A stretch of DNA of 64,000 bases, from the NCBI GenBank assembly GCA_002269645.1, contig NIVC01000027.1, positions 806,001 to 870,000 of the forward strand, in the 5' to 3' direction. Below the pieces are notes generated by a model. The model searched no databases. It was not told the DNA's origin and worked only from the letters and a program-made list of their open reading frames with translations. The translations under genes and the position numbers were made by a program. Shown here piece by piece: positions 38,880-50,529 of this stretch (the first letter of the stretch is position 1; each line of letters opens with the position of its first letter). The DNA is from Macrostomum lignano. Its lineage: Eukaryota.

Positions 38880-39413
38880 TGGCACAAACGCTACAAAATC
38901 ATTGAGCCAAAGACTGCACTAAAAGCAGAATACTTGAAGGCTATTGAGAATGATATTGATGTTGCCTATACAGCTTATATGTGTAGATATGAGCGCAATG
39001 ACTCAAGACACAATATTTGCATTAAAGAAGGCTCCTGTAGCAACCCAGGGTACATTATTGTCACTCTGAGGAGTACGACGACTAGTGTAGGTAAATATCT
39101 ACATGGAAATGTTCGATCGATTCAACATGAGATCAGTGACAATTTATACCCTGCATTGCCACAGAATGGAGAGTTCCCAGAGAACAAGATTAGTAAATTT
39201 TACAATGAACTGGCGGACTTGGCTGTAAAAGAGAATAATGGGATCGCCATGACAGCACTGCAGTATAAAGAGTTGTACCCAACTTTCGGAGTTGACGTGT
39301 CAGCTAGACAAATGCCTGCAGACAATAGACCTGTTAATATTGTTACAAATATTGAGCGGAAAGAACAAGGTGCCGCAACGGCTGGTGATCTGTTTATTAT
39401 CTATGCGTTTTAG
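38880..39413 (+). pseudogene. Polinton major capsid protein, C-terminal remnant
   Basis: PGYIIVTL...LYP...FPENKISKFYNEL...YPTFGVDVS..Q pattern of the MCP C-terminus; directly upstream of penton. Confidence 0.65.
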
Positions 39414-39495
39414 ATGAAAATAAAGGTAAACCTGATCAACAATTCATCCAGTAAAGTTTATGTTTAAAAAATAAAGTAAAAAGTAGGTTAGAAAA

Positions 39496-40040
39496 ATGGA
39501 AGCCATTGTCGAAAGATTAAATAACGTTGTTTCACACTCAAAGGAAAGCATTCCGATTACCGTTACTGGAAGGATTACTGAATCTAGTGGAGTGTTTATA
39601 GAAAATCTGGAGCAGCCTATTCGATTGGATGCTGAGGCAAATTATCATGTTTATCTGAATGATTTTACAGGTTGGTCGAATGTTCCCAATGTGACCCTGG
39701 CTAATAACAAGTTCTATTACAAATGGAAATATGTGACAGCAGATGTGATTTCCCTTCCCGTAAGCACACAGGGGATAGATACTTATAATTATTTCTTTTA
39801 ATTCGTAGTAATTTGAGTCTTGATTGGGTCTTCAAAGGTAAACGTACAAATGTACTTTTTAATATTTCAAACTCTGTTGCTGGCGGTCAGATGTTGGTAG
39901 AGAAACCCAATCCAGTGAAGAGAGTTGTTCTGAGCAATAAAGAAATTAATGAGATTGCTCTGAAGTTTGAAACAGAGGATGGAGATGGAGTGGATTTTAA
40001 TGGTGAAGAGTTTGCGTTAACAATTGTGATTAAGAGAATG
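39496..40040 (+). pseudogene. Polinton minor capsid (penton) remnant with internal deletion
   Basis: PIRLD...YHVYL...SNVPNV..NNKFYY...ISLP and VAGGQMLVEKP...EDGDGVDFNGEEFALTIVIKR. Confidence 0.78.
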
Positions 40041-40199
40041 TTATGCTGTGTTTTGTGTCAAAAATGTAGCAGTCAGTTGGTCGCGAGATGTGAATGTTTT
40101 CTTAAGCTTTATAGTTTTATATTTTGTGGTAGCTGATTATAGATTTTAGTAGATGTTTATTTTTTCCGTCCTAGAGAGTTGTTTTGCACTTTAACCCCT

Positions 40200-40437
40200 T
40201 TAGATAAACAATTGTAGATATTGCAATGAGATAGCTGATTTTAAATGTAAGCGCATTGTGTATGAATAGATTTTAGTAGATGTTGATCTAAGGGGGATTT
40301 AGGTTGTTTTATGGATGAGGTGTGGTTGACTTTTTTATCGCCCTTAGATGAGCGGTTGTAGATATTGCATGGAGGTAGCTGATTTTAAATGTAAGAGCAT
40401 TATGTATGAATAGATTTTATTAGATGTTGATCTAAGA
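40200..40437. repeat. Two diverged ~90-bp copies spaced ~145 bp apart
   Basis: TTGTAGATATTGCA...GCTGATTTTAAATGTAAG...GATGTTGATCTAAG occurs twice. Confidence 0.75.
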
Positions 40438-40545
40438 GACTTTTTGAAAATTTTGTCCTAGAACTCCCTTTTACTTACTACTAATTGAAAAAAATTTCTG
40501 ACTTTGTGCCAGACCATCGGCTTCGTGACTTTGTGGCGAATAGTC

Positions 40546-40705
40546 ATAAAATGGCCTCTGCGCTTATGTCTCAGCCGTAAAAATTGCCTCAGTGCTTATG
40601 TCTCAGCCGCAAAAATTGCCTCAGTGCTCATGTCTCAGCCGTAAAAATGGCCTCAGTGCTCATGTCTCAGCCGTAAAAATGGCCTCAGCCGTAAAAATTG
40701 CCTTC
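40546..40705. repeat. 32-bp tandem repeat (~4.5 copies)
   Basis: AAAAAT(T/G)GCCTCAGTGCT(T/C)ATGTCTCAGCCGT units. Confidence 0.85.
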
Positions 40706-41137
40706 GCGGTAGGTAAAGTCACTATGGTTTTTGCAGGCTTATTTCTACACTTGCAAAAAATACACATGCGCGCTTATGTCACGCGCGCTTAGTCAGCCCT
40801 CCCCTTAGAGGGCGAAACTTTTGACTGTTGCTGAGTACAGACTTGTGGACGTTGGAACGAATCTCTATGCCCGAACTCCCGGAAAGTTTAGTTCTCCCTG
40901 CAAATTTTGACAAATGAGTACGCATGTACACCGACAGCGTATAGAATTTTAAACTTTAAAAATAAGAATATTTTAATAGGAGTTTGATACGAAAAGCCCT
41001 GGGTTCCTTCTTGTCGACAAAAAGATGGGAAACTTTTACCAACTGGTGATTCACAACCAGACTTTATCTTACAAGTTAATACTCGTATGCTCGTCCATCA
41101 GCAGATTTTATTCTGTATGGTAGTAAAAACCCTTATC

Positions 41138-42909
41138 TCACCTCACGTTCGGTGTCTGCGCCCTTGCCAGCACTGCGACCACTTCCGAGTGTCCTTTGCT
41201 CTCTGCTACCTTCAGCGGAGTGGCATCCGAAAAGTTCCTCTTATCGCGGGAAGCATCTTTTCTGAGGAAAAGCTCAACGACTTCCGCGTTGCCAGCATCA
41301 GCAGCCAAGTGCAGAGGCGTATTTCCCTCCAGATCCGAGGCGTTAAGATCCGCACCCAGCTGGAGCAGCAGCTCTGCACAGCTGAGGTGGCATTTTCTAG
41401 ACGGTCGCAAGCCTCCACTGGCAGCCACCATGAGGGGAGTTCTTCCCTCCCAGTCTCTCCAGTTGCAGTTCTCTTCGCTGACAGTTTTTGTAAATTCCTT
41501 CTTCCTAGCTTGGCTGATGAGGCAGTTCAGCTTCTCTGCTTCCTGACAATTTTATGACATTTTTTAGGGGACGCAGTGTGGTTTTCACTTGTTTTCTCAG
41601 GAAAAAAAGAAATGTTTTCTTACCGAAATGGAGTGCTCGGTCAACCCAAATTTCGTACTGAAATGGTTTGTTTGAACCATTTGTTTGTTTGCATAAGAGG
41701 CTTAAAATAACAGGTCTAATAATCAGCTATCACATTTCACCCAATTGTACTTTTAGCGTAATAATGGTGCTTTTGTTGTGAAATATTTAGAATATTCGCA
41801 GGACGGCTAGGGGCCCCATGGCTAAATGACTACTGCGGCATCATCCCACAACCATCGCTGACTTCTTCTCAATCCGGTGACTCCTGAGCGCGCCAATAAT
41901 GTACGCAGACATGCACTTATACACAGGGTGCACAGCGCTCCTGACTTTCTAATCGTGCCTTAAGGGCTGGCCCTCATGGATGTAAACCGCACGACAACCC
42001 TCCAACCAATGATTCGTGCACGAGCCCCACATGAATGCGGCAGAATCGAACCACGGCCGCGGCACGAGAGTCAGACGCGTTTGCCGCTGAGCTGCTCTGC
42101 CCCTTGTTTGGTTCCCAGACCTTAAGCCTGACCAGTTCAGGTACAATATTTCTACTCACTGCAGAAGATGCAAGCAGATGTCTTGGTAGCCCTGCTTCCA
42201 CGCAGACCAGTAGATGCTGGCGTATTTCTCAGCACCGCTGTCACGCAGAATCTCCGGCTCATGCTTCAGAACAGTCTTCACCAGCTCCAGGTTTCCAGCA
42301 GAAACAGCCATGGTCAGGGCAGACTGACCGGCCTTGTCAGTGAGCTGAGAGTTGGCCCCGTTGTCCAACAACATCTCTGCTACCGGAGCATTCTCCTCTT
42401 CTACTGCAAGCAGCAACGGCGTCATGCAGCTTCCATCTGCGCTGTTGATGTCTGCCCTGTGGTTTGCCAGCAAAGTGTTTAGCAGAGGAATGTTGTTGGA
42501 GAGGACGGCGCAGTGCCAGACGGAGTGCTTCCGGCTGTCCGCAGCTTGCGGATCAGCTCCTCTGCTGATGAGGATTTCGAAACACTCGGCATGAGCCTCG
42601 GAGCCTTGAGAGAAGTCCGCGACTGAGGCTGCTGCGGCACAGAGAAGGGCCGTGCGATGAGGAAACGATTTGTGTGGGTCTTGCAGCACTGACGGATCGG
42701 CTTCAAGGAGTTGAGCGAGCTTTGATGCATCTCCGGTGGCTGCGAGAAAATGCAGAGCTCCGGGAGTCTGTAAAGTTTATTGTGAATCATATTTACATTA
42801 AATCTTGGTACCTTAACTGGCTTTGGTGAAATTATATCGCCAGCAGTTGTCACTGGGGCTTTCAGTACAGAGCAGAGTCTGTATTGCGAGTGCATTCCCA
42901 AGAAGTCTG
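41138..42909 (-). CDS. Multi-exon ankyrin-repeat protein (exons ~42909-42811, 42767-42160, 41542-41138; likely more)
   Basis: GRTPLMVAA, GNTPLHLAA, MTPLLLAV, GQSALTMAV ankyrin motifs; AG/GT splice sites; one phase mismatch implies an unresolved exon. Confidence 0.8.
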
Positions 42910-43499
42910 TGAAAAATGTACTTACGAAGTAGATAGAAAGACTTGCAACGTCATATTCGCTACTCTTTTGCTATTTAATTAATCTATCAATGAAGTACTG
43001 TTAGGAGACAATTACCAAATAATAAATTTACAACAAAAATGTACCCAGGTATCTCACCAGGTTCCTGTTGATATTTTTTTATTAAATATTAGGTAAACAG
43101 CACAAGCCCCATTTGAAACAAAAGTACCTGTGCAAGTAGGCATGCACCCAGTACATGCAAGAGTTCTGACCTCATGTTGAAATTAACTTTCCAAATGTAA
43201 ATCAGGCATGGAGTGATAGTTAATGATCATGACAGCTACTCTTAATTTACAATCCAAGTTGAGGCTTCTACTGTAAGATTTCCTAACTTAAACATCCATC
43301 TCTATACGGAAGTTCAGACTTTCAAAGAGTAGCTAAGCTTCGATACTTTCAGCAAAACGTGTACATCGAAGCGCATTTTATACGTTTTTACCGTATCTTA
43401 TAATTAATTTGAAATTCAATATGCACGCTGATGGAGATATGCAGATAGGCAATTTTAATGCCACTTTCTCTCAATGATAGGAAAATAAACGTCAACAAA

Positions 43500-45590
43500 A
43501 ACACAAAAAGTAAACTTTGTTTAATTCTAGCCAACGCGTTTCGTCAAACACAAGACGTCGTCAGGGCAAATTCAATCAACCTAAGATCACACCACCAATA
43601 TATTTGAGCAAAAATCACTGTACAGTCCAGAGGCGGGTCAAAACAGTCCGGTAGAATTAAGAAAGTGCCAAGTACACAACAAAGTGAGAGAGAGAAAAAA
43701 AAATAAATAGGCACGGCTCTGCTCACAGTACTCTTAGCTCACGCCCCACCCCATTGCCAGCAAGCTGCACATTCAGGTTGAGTTTGTGCATTCTGATATA
43801 CGAAGCTTCGATAATCTTAAGCTTATGGTCAAATTTGCACCCATCCAGCACTTTAAAGAGCTGAATCGGTTCACCGTCACAGCATTTTTTACAAACAAGC
43901 AGATGGTCATTAATCGCAGAGCTTTTTAGCCAATGTTCCCTAGCTCTAGTGTGCAGGTGTCGCTTCGTTTTTCCAATGTAAGAAACGCTCTGATCCTCAG
44001 AGCAGCGAAATTGGTAAACAACACCAGCCCTTAGAGCAAGTGGAACAGCTGACTTGAGCCTGCTAGCATAGCGACCGATCTTTTCGGTGCGAAACACAAT
44101 CCTAACGGTGCACTTAAGCCATTTGCTAAACGTTTTCTCAAGTTTTTTTCCTGAAGTCAAGCGAAGCGTTGCCAAAAAATGGGAGAACCAACAGAGCGTC
44201 CCAAGAATTTATCTCCGGTTGCCTGGGTCTCGCATCGCTAGAAACTTTCTTAGTGACAAACGCATTGATAATACGGCTGACAAAACTGAGAGGGTAACCG
44301 TTAGATCTAAGGATTTTAGTCAGGGCATGAACCTCTTGGTGAAATAAACTCCAAGAACTGCTCACCTCGTAGGCTCTGTGAAGAAGGCACCTAACTAACC
44401 CGGATTTCCAGTGAGTCGGACATAAAGCATGAAAATTTAACATCAGCCCAGTAAACGTTGGTTTACGGTAAACTTTCACAAGAGGACGGTGTCCAGAACA
44501 GTCAACCTCGGTATCAAGAAACGGGAGATTCTTCCCTCCGCCCTCAACGGTGAACTTAATGTTCGGATGGGTGGAATTGATAATAGTAAGAAACTCGTCG
44601 TGGTCTTTTTTAGTGTCAAAAACAGCAAAAGTATCGTCAACATAACGCTTATAAAACCGTAGGGCATTGGGGAGTTTCATCCATTCAGTCTCCCAATGGC
44701 TCATGCACAGATCAGCGAGCGTAGGGGCAAGAGGACACCCCATAGCGACACCATCAATTTGGCGGTAGTATTGGTTTTCAAACATGAAAATGCCAGAGAC
44801 CGCAAGACCAAGCCTCTTTTTAAAAGCTTTCTTAGGAATAGTCAGAGGGTTATTCTGGTAGACAAGGTCAGTGGCCAGGTCAATCGCAAATTCAACCGGG
44901 ATGTTAGTGAACAGGAAAGTCACATCGTAGCTAAACAACAATTCTTTACCGGTTAATTGGATTTGGCTAATAGCTTCAACAAATTCTCAATTCGATCTAA
45001 CCGAATGATCACGGACAATGTGAGGCTTGATGAGATCGTCAAGATTTTTAGCGAGCTCATATTCAGCGGTGTTAACCATAGAAACAATCCGCCTTAACGG
45101 CTTGTCCGGTTTGTGGACTTTACACAATCCGTACATCTGACTAGGCTGAATACCACTGGGCAAGATCCTCTTGAAAACTTCGGCGTCAACATGGGGTTTG
45201 ATGTGATTTTTAAGAAAACTTTGAACAGATCTTTCAAATTTAAGAACCGGGTGCGACATCTTGACTTCAGGAGAATAGCCAAGACATTGAAATTTTGTAT
45301 TGTCACAAAGAATGGCATTCAATTTGTTAACGTAGGCATCAGCGTCTAAGATAGCCACACCGTATCCTTTATCATAACCCACTATCCTGATCTTGTCATT
45401 CTCACGCAGCTTTTTAAGGGTTTGATGCAACAGCCTGTTTTGTTTGTTCTCAATGATACCCTGAGCCTGAGACATGAACCTATCAACATCAGACCTAATT
45501 CTAGACTTAAAGTTCTCGGGCAAATTGGGTGAGCAAGAGCCTGAAGCACTAACCTGAGACAAACACCTGCCTATCGCGCTCTCAATCTCT
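43500..45590 (-). mobile_element. Penelope-like retroelement (RT + GIY-YIG endonuclease), 5'-truncated and frameshifted
   Basis: YGLCKVHK..PLR.IVS; GVAMGCPLAP; RYVDDTF; LPFLD; VYRKPT; GVVY..C....YIGKT.R.L..R..EH; two frameshifts. Confidence 0.93.
43523..43573 (-). ncRNA. Type I (minimal/dimeric) hammerhead-ribozyme-like motif at the PLE 3' end
   Basis: Minus strand GCC-CUGACGA-C-GUC(UUGUGUUU)GAC-GAAA-CGCGUU-GGC: both core boxes, stem II, palindromic stem III, short stem I. Confidence 0.6.
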
Positions 45591-45599
45591 GCCGTAATG

Positions 45600-45830
45600 T
45601 AATGTGATGCCAGACTTAATAAACATCACATTACTTAGACGAGCTACACTTCCACAATTTCTCTCAATGAGAATCGTTAGCGTCAACTTTTCACCGTTAA
45701 AATCCACCTCGACTCCTTCCTCAGTCTCAAAATGCAGAAAATTTTATGATTTTCAAAACAACACTCTTTTACTGGTCAGGGTTTTTCTACAAGTATCTGA
45801 CGACCAGCAACAGAGTTTGAAATATTAAAT
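45600..45830 (-). pseudogene. Second, diverged Polinton penton C-terminal remnant, inverted relative to 39855-40130
   Basis: 26-bp exact match TTTAATATTTCAAACTCTGTTGCTGG, then colinear similarity (VEKP, VDFNGE..LTI). Confidence 0.75.
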
Positions 45831-45870
45831 AGAAATATATAGATCTATATATCTTCGCTCTAGAGAGAGA

Positions 45871-47083
45871 CTAGCATTCTTCGCCCCCCGATGGGGGACA
45901 TCTGGATAGAGTATTTGTTCTTACAAGTAACAAATAGACAGCGGAATAAAGCCTTCATAAAAAAAGACAGACATTCCCTCTAAAAAGAAAGCATCCTAAG
46001 ACAGCAAGCATCCCCAGACAGCACGCAAGCATCTCCCAGATAGCAAGCATCCCCCAGATAGCAATCATCTCCCAGATAGCAAGCATCCCCCAGATAGCAA
46101 GCATCCCCCAGATAGCAAGCATCCCCCAGATAGCAAGCATCCCCCAGATAGCAAGCATCTCCCAGATAGCAAGCATCCCCCAGATAGCAAGCATATCCCA
46201 GATAGCAATCATCTCCCAGATAGCAAGCATCCCCCAGATAGCAAGCATCCCCCAGATAGCAAGCATCCCCCAGATAGCAAGCATCCCCCAGATAGCAAGC
46301 ATCCCCCAGATAGCAAGCATCCCCCACATAGCAAGCATCCCCCAGATAGCAAGCATCTCCCAGATAGCAAGCATCCCCCAGATAGCAAGCATCCCCCAGA
46401 TAGCAAGCATCTCCCAGATAGCAAGCATCCCCCAGATAGCAAGCATATCCCAGATAGCAATCATCTCCCAGATAGCAAGCATCCCCCAGATAGCAAGCAT
46501 CCCCCAGATAGCAAGCATCCCCAGATAGCAAGCATCCCCCAGATAGCAAGCATCTCCCAGATAGCAAGCATCCCCCAGATAGCAAGCATCCCCCAGATAG
46601 CAAGCATCCCCCAGATAGCAAGCATCTCCCAGATAGCAAGCATCCCCCAGATAGCAAGCATCCCCCAGATAGCAAGCATCCCCCAGATAGCAAGCATCCC
46701 CCAGATAGCAAGCATCTCCCAGATAGCAAGCATCCCCCAGATAGCAAGCATCCCCCACATAGCAAGCATCCCCCAGATAGCAAGCATCCCCCAGATAGCA
46801 AGCATCCCCCAGATAGCAAGCATCCCCCAGATAGCAAGCATCTCCCAGATAGCAAGCATCCCCCAGATAGCAAGCATCTCCCAGATAGCAAGCATCCCCC
46901 AGATAGCAAGCATCCCCCAGATAGCAAGCATCTCCCAGATAGCAAGCATCCCCCAGATAGCAAGCATCTCCCAGATAGCAAGCATACCCCAGACAGCAAG
47001 CATCTCCCAGATAGCAAGCATCCCCCAGATAGCAAGCATCCCCCAGATATCAAGCATCCCTGGATACAAAGAATCCTTATAGA
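45871..47083 (-). mobile_element. Non-autonomous Helitron C (1213 bp) filled with an 18-bp minisatellite (CCCCCAGATAGCAAGCAT, ~46005-47058)
   Basis: Canonical A|TCTATA...CCCCATCGGGGGGCGAAGAATGCTAG|T on the minus strand, no TSD. Confidence 0.85.
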
Positions 47084-47176
47084 TGGCTAGCAACCCCCTG
47101 TCAGATGGCTCTTTTATGTTTGACATGGCGGCTAAAACATTGCAATTAAAAGTATCAAGAGAGAAGATATTCTACA

Positions 47177-47287
47177 TGAAGCACTTCAGCTGAAACGAGT
47201 GCTCCTGAGCCAGCTGCTCACACTTGGAAATCGCCTCACGCAGGAACTGGTCATCGCTGAACTCGCTTAGTACCTGTTCCGCTGGCA
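47177..47287. repeat. 111-bp local duplicate of 47675-47785
   Basis: Near-identical sequence; flanked by TTCTACA on both sides. Confidence 0.85.
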
Positions 47288-47621
47288 AGAGAGTTCTACA
47301 TCTTATCTTGTAGAAGATGTTCCACTAAAGTGGAAGCACCTTTTCCAGTTTTCTGCATACAATCGTAGCTCGTACAGACAGAATTAATGCGATTTTGGGG
47401 CAGTGTGTCCTGAAGTGTGTTCAGGCTTTCTGTCTTGAAAGCCCCTCATAGCAAGTACTACAAAAGCATTGTGCTGCTCTGCGACCACTTACATGTGCTG
47501 GCGATGCTGCCTCAGCGCTCTGCTTTTGAGCTTCCTGAGCTCTGAAAGGGACGCGAAATCAATATATGTTTATTGTGTCACCACAATGATAATGATAAAA
47601 TTGCACTTTCAAAACTTTGTC

Positions 47622-48708
47622 TTACACTTCCGCTGCTGCCTGCAGCATGTGAGCGGTGTTTCGGCAGGGCACCGTGAAGCACTCCAGCTGAAACGAGTGC
47701 TCCTGAGCCAGCTGCTCACACTTGGAAACCGCAGCACGCAGGAACTGGTCATCGCTGAACTCGCTTAGTACCTGTTCCGCTGGCAGAGCTCCTGTGTCCT
47801 GATAGCATTCTCCTTGTTGAAAATCGAATAGAATTACTCGGATTTTCAGGCCAGAATCCGATTTCACTTGAACTCGTGTCACGTCATGGTTGGGCAACCG
47901 CTTACGTTGACATTCAACTTCTTTTCTGGTCTTCAGGTACCATTCGCAGGTTCTGATCTCGTTGAACAGAATGCACAGATAAACTGGCGCAGAACGCTTT
48001 GAGCTCTCAGCGATGCAGTGCTCCAACTCTTCATTGACTGCTTCATCTTCTCCGTTTAAGCAGGAACTCACAGCGACTCTCATCGAGCACTGGGGCTGAT
48101 CTCCGATCGTCACCAGCGCATCGCCAGCCTTCAAGTCCAAAAGTGACTCGAGACGGGTTTCTCCCGGGACCCTTAGTAGATGGCAGAACACAAAAGCGGA
48201 TGACAGGAAATGCCTGATTGAGACGTTATCTAGCAGCTTCGGTTGGACTGATGATTGGGGTATTCGCTCAGCAGTGCTTGGATCGACTTGAATCCTGAGC
48301 TGCTTGACTCCAGTCACTTTAATCAGTTGCGATACAAGTCTGCACAGATCACCGAGCACTGGGGGAAAGGTTGCACTGAATCGCTCGCTTAAATTCGGTA
48401 AGCCCGTGAAGGTGACTTTTACCGAGTGCAGTGAAGACACCACGGCATATGGAGTTTGATCCGATCCGGTCGTGTCTTCAGAATCCTCAGCTTCCAGACT
48501 GGCAATCAAGATCTCACAGTTGGCGTCTTGGCTGTCGGAAGTCGTTGGAGGTGTCAGCCTCAGAATTGGGCATGCCTCAGATCTGGTTATTTTGTTACGC
48601 TTTGACTGAGAAGATCCCAGAATATCGCACAGGGTGAGCACGGTTTGCCGGACGCTCTCGGATTGCAGTAGGTCCATACTGTCTTCGGATATGCAGCTGG
48701 ATACCCAG
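47622..48708 (-). CDS. Long open exon/ORF of unknown function (351+ aa)
   Basis: Over 1 kb uninterrupted non-repetitive ORF; possible acceptor near 48709; no domain recognised. Confidence 0.55.
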
Positions 48709-49398
48709 CTATTTAGTTATTTTCTTGCCTGCTTTTGTTGGCTGTAAAAAGGGCTCTCTTTAATACTTAAGCTTCGTTTGAGATACCTTTATGGCTACTG
48801 TGAGAACAATAGCCTCTTTTATACAATTTGAGAAAATCTGTGCATAACTCGAGTTGTGAAGACTGAGAAGAAAGGGTTGTGCCAGACAGTCAGAGATAAA
48901 GCCCTGACAACAGTTGTACAGTTGCAATGCAATGCAGCCACTTTGCAGGTTCATGCCCGTAAAAGCAGATGGATAGAAGGTGAAAAATTGGTTTCCTACC
49001 CTCAGACGAAGCCTGAAACCCGCAGTCCTTAAAGTTTTGTTTGCTCTGTACAGGTAAGACGCCCGAGGCGAGACGAGAAAACGAAGAAAATAGAAATGTG
49101 AACACATTTCTACACAAAATGTGAAGCTTTGCCACCAGAGACGAAAACGAAAAAAACAAAAAAATTCTACTGGTCTTTAAACGCTAGTCGAATTAGCATA
49201 GCTTTTGATACAAACTTTTTCTGTAAGCTGTATGGTGAGTGGAACTTACTAATAATTTAAATGCTATTTAGAAATCATTATGAGTCTTTACGCTGGTACA
49301 TAACAAAAAAGTGATTACACTGATTATTGCGTGATTGTTCGGAGACTTCAATTCAAAAAGAACATAATGTAAACTGAACATTCAAACTTCTCTTGCAG

Positions 49399-50529
49399 AT
49401 GGACCGTGACAACTATAAACTATTTGAGCAAAAACTGACTGAAAGTGCCGTCTCCGAGATCGAAGACCTGATGCAAATCGACCAGCTGCGAAACGACCCA
49501 AAGCTAAAACGCAGTCTCGCCTTGATGGTCGTCCTCACCTACGAGACGAATACAGGAGAACCATTTTTTGAGTTTCATGAGAGGCTGGTAACACTTTTTA
49601 GGTCTGTGACGTCAGTAGACCAAGGTGAAGAGCGCAGAGTATTCGGGAGGCCAATAATTAGAAAAAAAGAGGGCCAAATATCGGCAGATATGAGTGAGCG
49701 ATGTCTGTGCACCTGGATGAACGAAGGTGTGTCAGTAGACATACCGGTAAGCTACATGGAGGGATTTAAGTCGGCCATCCTTTACCTGACCGTCTCAGAT
49801 ATCCAGTTTTTCTCATATCGGTGCCCCCCAGCTGCCGCTACATCAGCAATTGAAATTCCTTGCTTCCTTGAGATGTTTCTCAGGAGCAGCCTCAACAACC
49901 AAAATAATTTTGCTGCCTTAACTGGAGAATACGTGGCCCTGAACGGCATGTGCTTTGAGAAGGGGTACATCGGTAAAGACTTCAAGTACAGCTGCCTGGA
50001 GCAAAAGTTCGATTTCGCTGTGCATAATGGAACCATAAAAACGAGTGTTTCTGTAAAAAGTGTCAAGTTTTCTACCGGCAAACACTTTGAAAGCCCGAGA
50101 AGCAGCGATGTCTGGAACTCGAAGCGAGACTGCAAAACTGCAAAATTCGTGAGGCAGTCGGAGGGTAAAAACGTGCTGCTGCACAACTGCGACTGTCGGC
50201 ACTGCGCTCTGCAGCCGCTCCGGCGAATCACAGTCCAACAGTCAATGATCGTCGATGAAAACCGAGTGTTCTTGGGAGATCTGGAGTGTGAGTGCAAAGC
50301 AACACTGGAAGAAGCTTTTGCAAAATGGTTGCCAAGAGATTCATTTAGAATTAGCGATTCAGGCTCAAACTCGGAGGGCGATGAAGATTCTGACGACAGC
50401 TTGGAGGAGACGGAGGCAATCCAGCATGGTAGCTGGATTGACACTCATCTGAAACAACAACAACAAAAAAACAAAAAACAAAAACAACTAAAACAACAAA
50501 ACAACAACAAAAATCTATACCAACAATAA
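49399..50529 (+). CDS. Long open exon/ORF of unknown function (~376 aa) ending in a CAA/AAC microsatellite
   Basis: 1.1-kb ORF preceded by a polypyrimidine-CAG acceptor at 49398; no domain recognised. Confidence 0.55.
   Translation: MDRDNYKLFEQKLTESAVSEIEDLMQIDQLRNDPKLKRSLALMVVLTYETNTGEPFFEFHERLVTLFRSVTSVDQGEERRVFGRPIIRKKEGQISADMSERCLCTWMNEGVSVDIPVSYMEGFKSAILYLTVSDIQFFSYRCPPAAATSAIEIPCFLEMFLRSSLNNQNNFAALTGEYVALNGMCFEKGYIGKDFKYSCLEQKFDFAVHNGTIKTSVSVKSVKFSTGKHFESPRSSDVWNSKRDCKTAKFVRQSEGKNVLLHNCDCRHCALQPLRRITVQQSMIVDENRVFLGDLECECKATLEEAFAKWLPRDSFRISDSGSNSEGDEDSDDSLEETEAIQHGSWIDTHLKQQQQKNKKQKQLKQQNNNKNLYQQ

Noticed and set aside
38667-38880. Additional small insertion (GACA-rich) between the P element and the MCP C-terminus
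   Set aside because: Probably non-viral together with ~34170-34291, but no TSD or termini could be fixed
40140-40440. Degenerate zinc-finger ORF on the minus strand
   Set aside because: Only CNIY/H-like traces with many stops; insufficient
41800-41900. SDGCGMM resembling an RdRP motif
   Set aside because: Seven residues followed by a stop, with no supporting context
45955-47126. Long ORFs GDACYL/WGMLAI/GGCLLS and similar ORFs at 51294, 53831, 53901, 62615
   Set aside because: Translation artefacts of stop-free minisatellites
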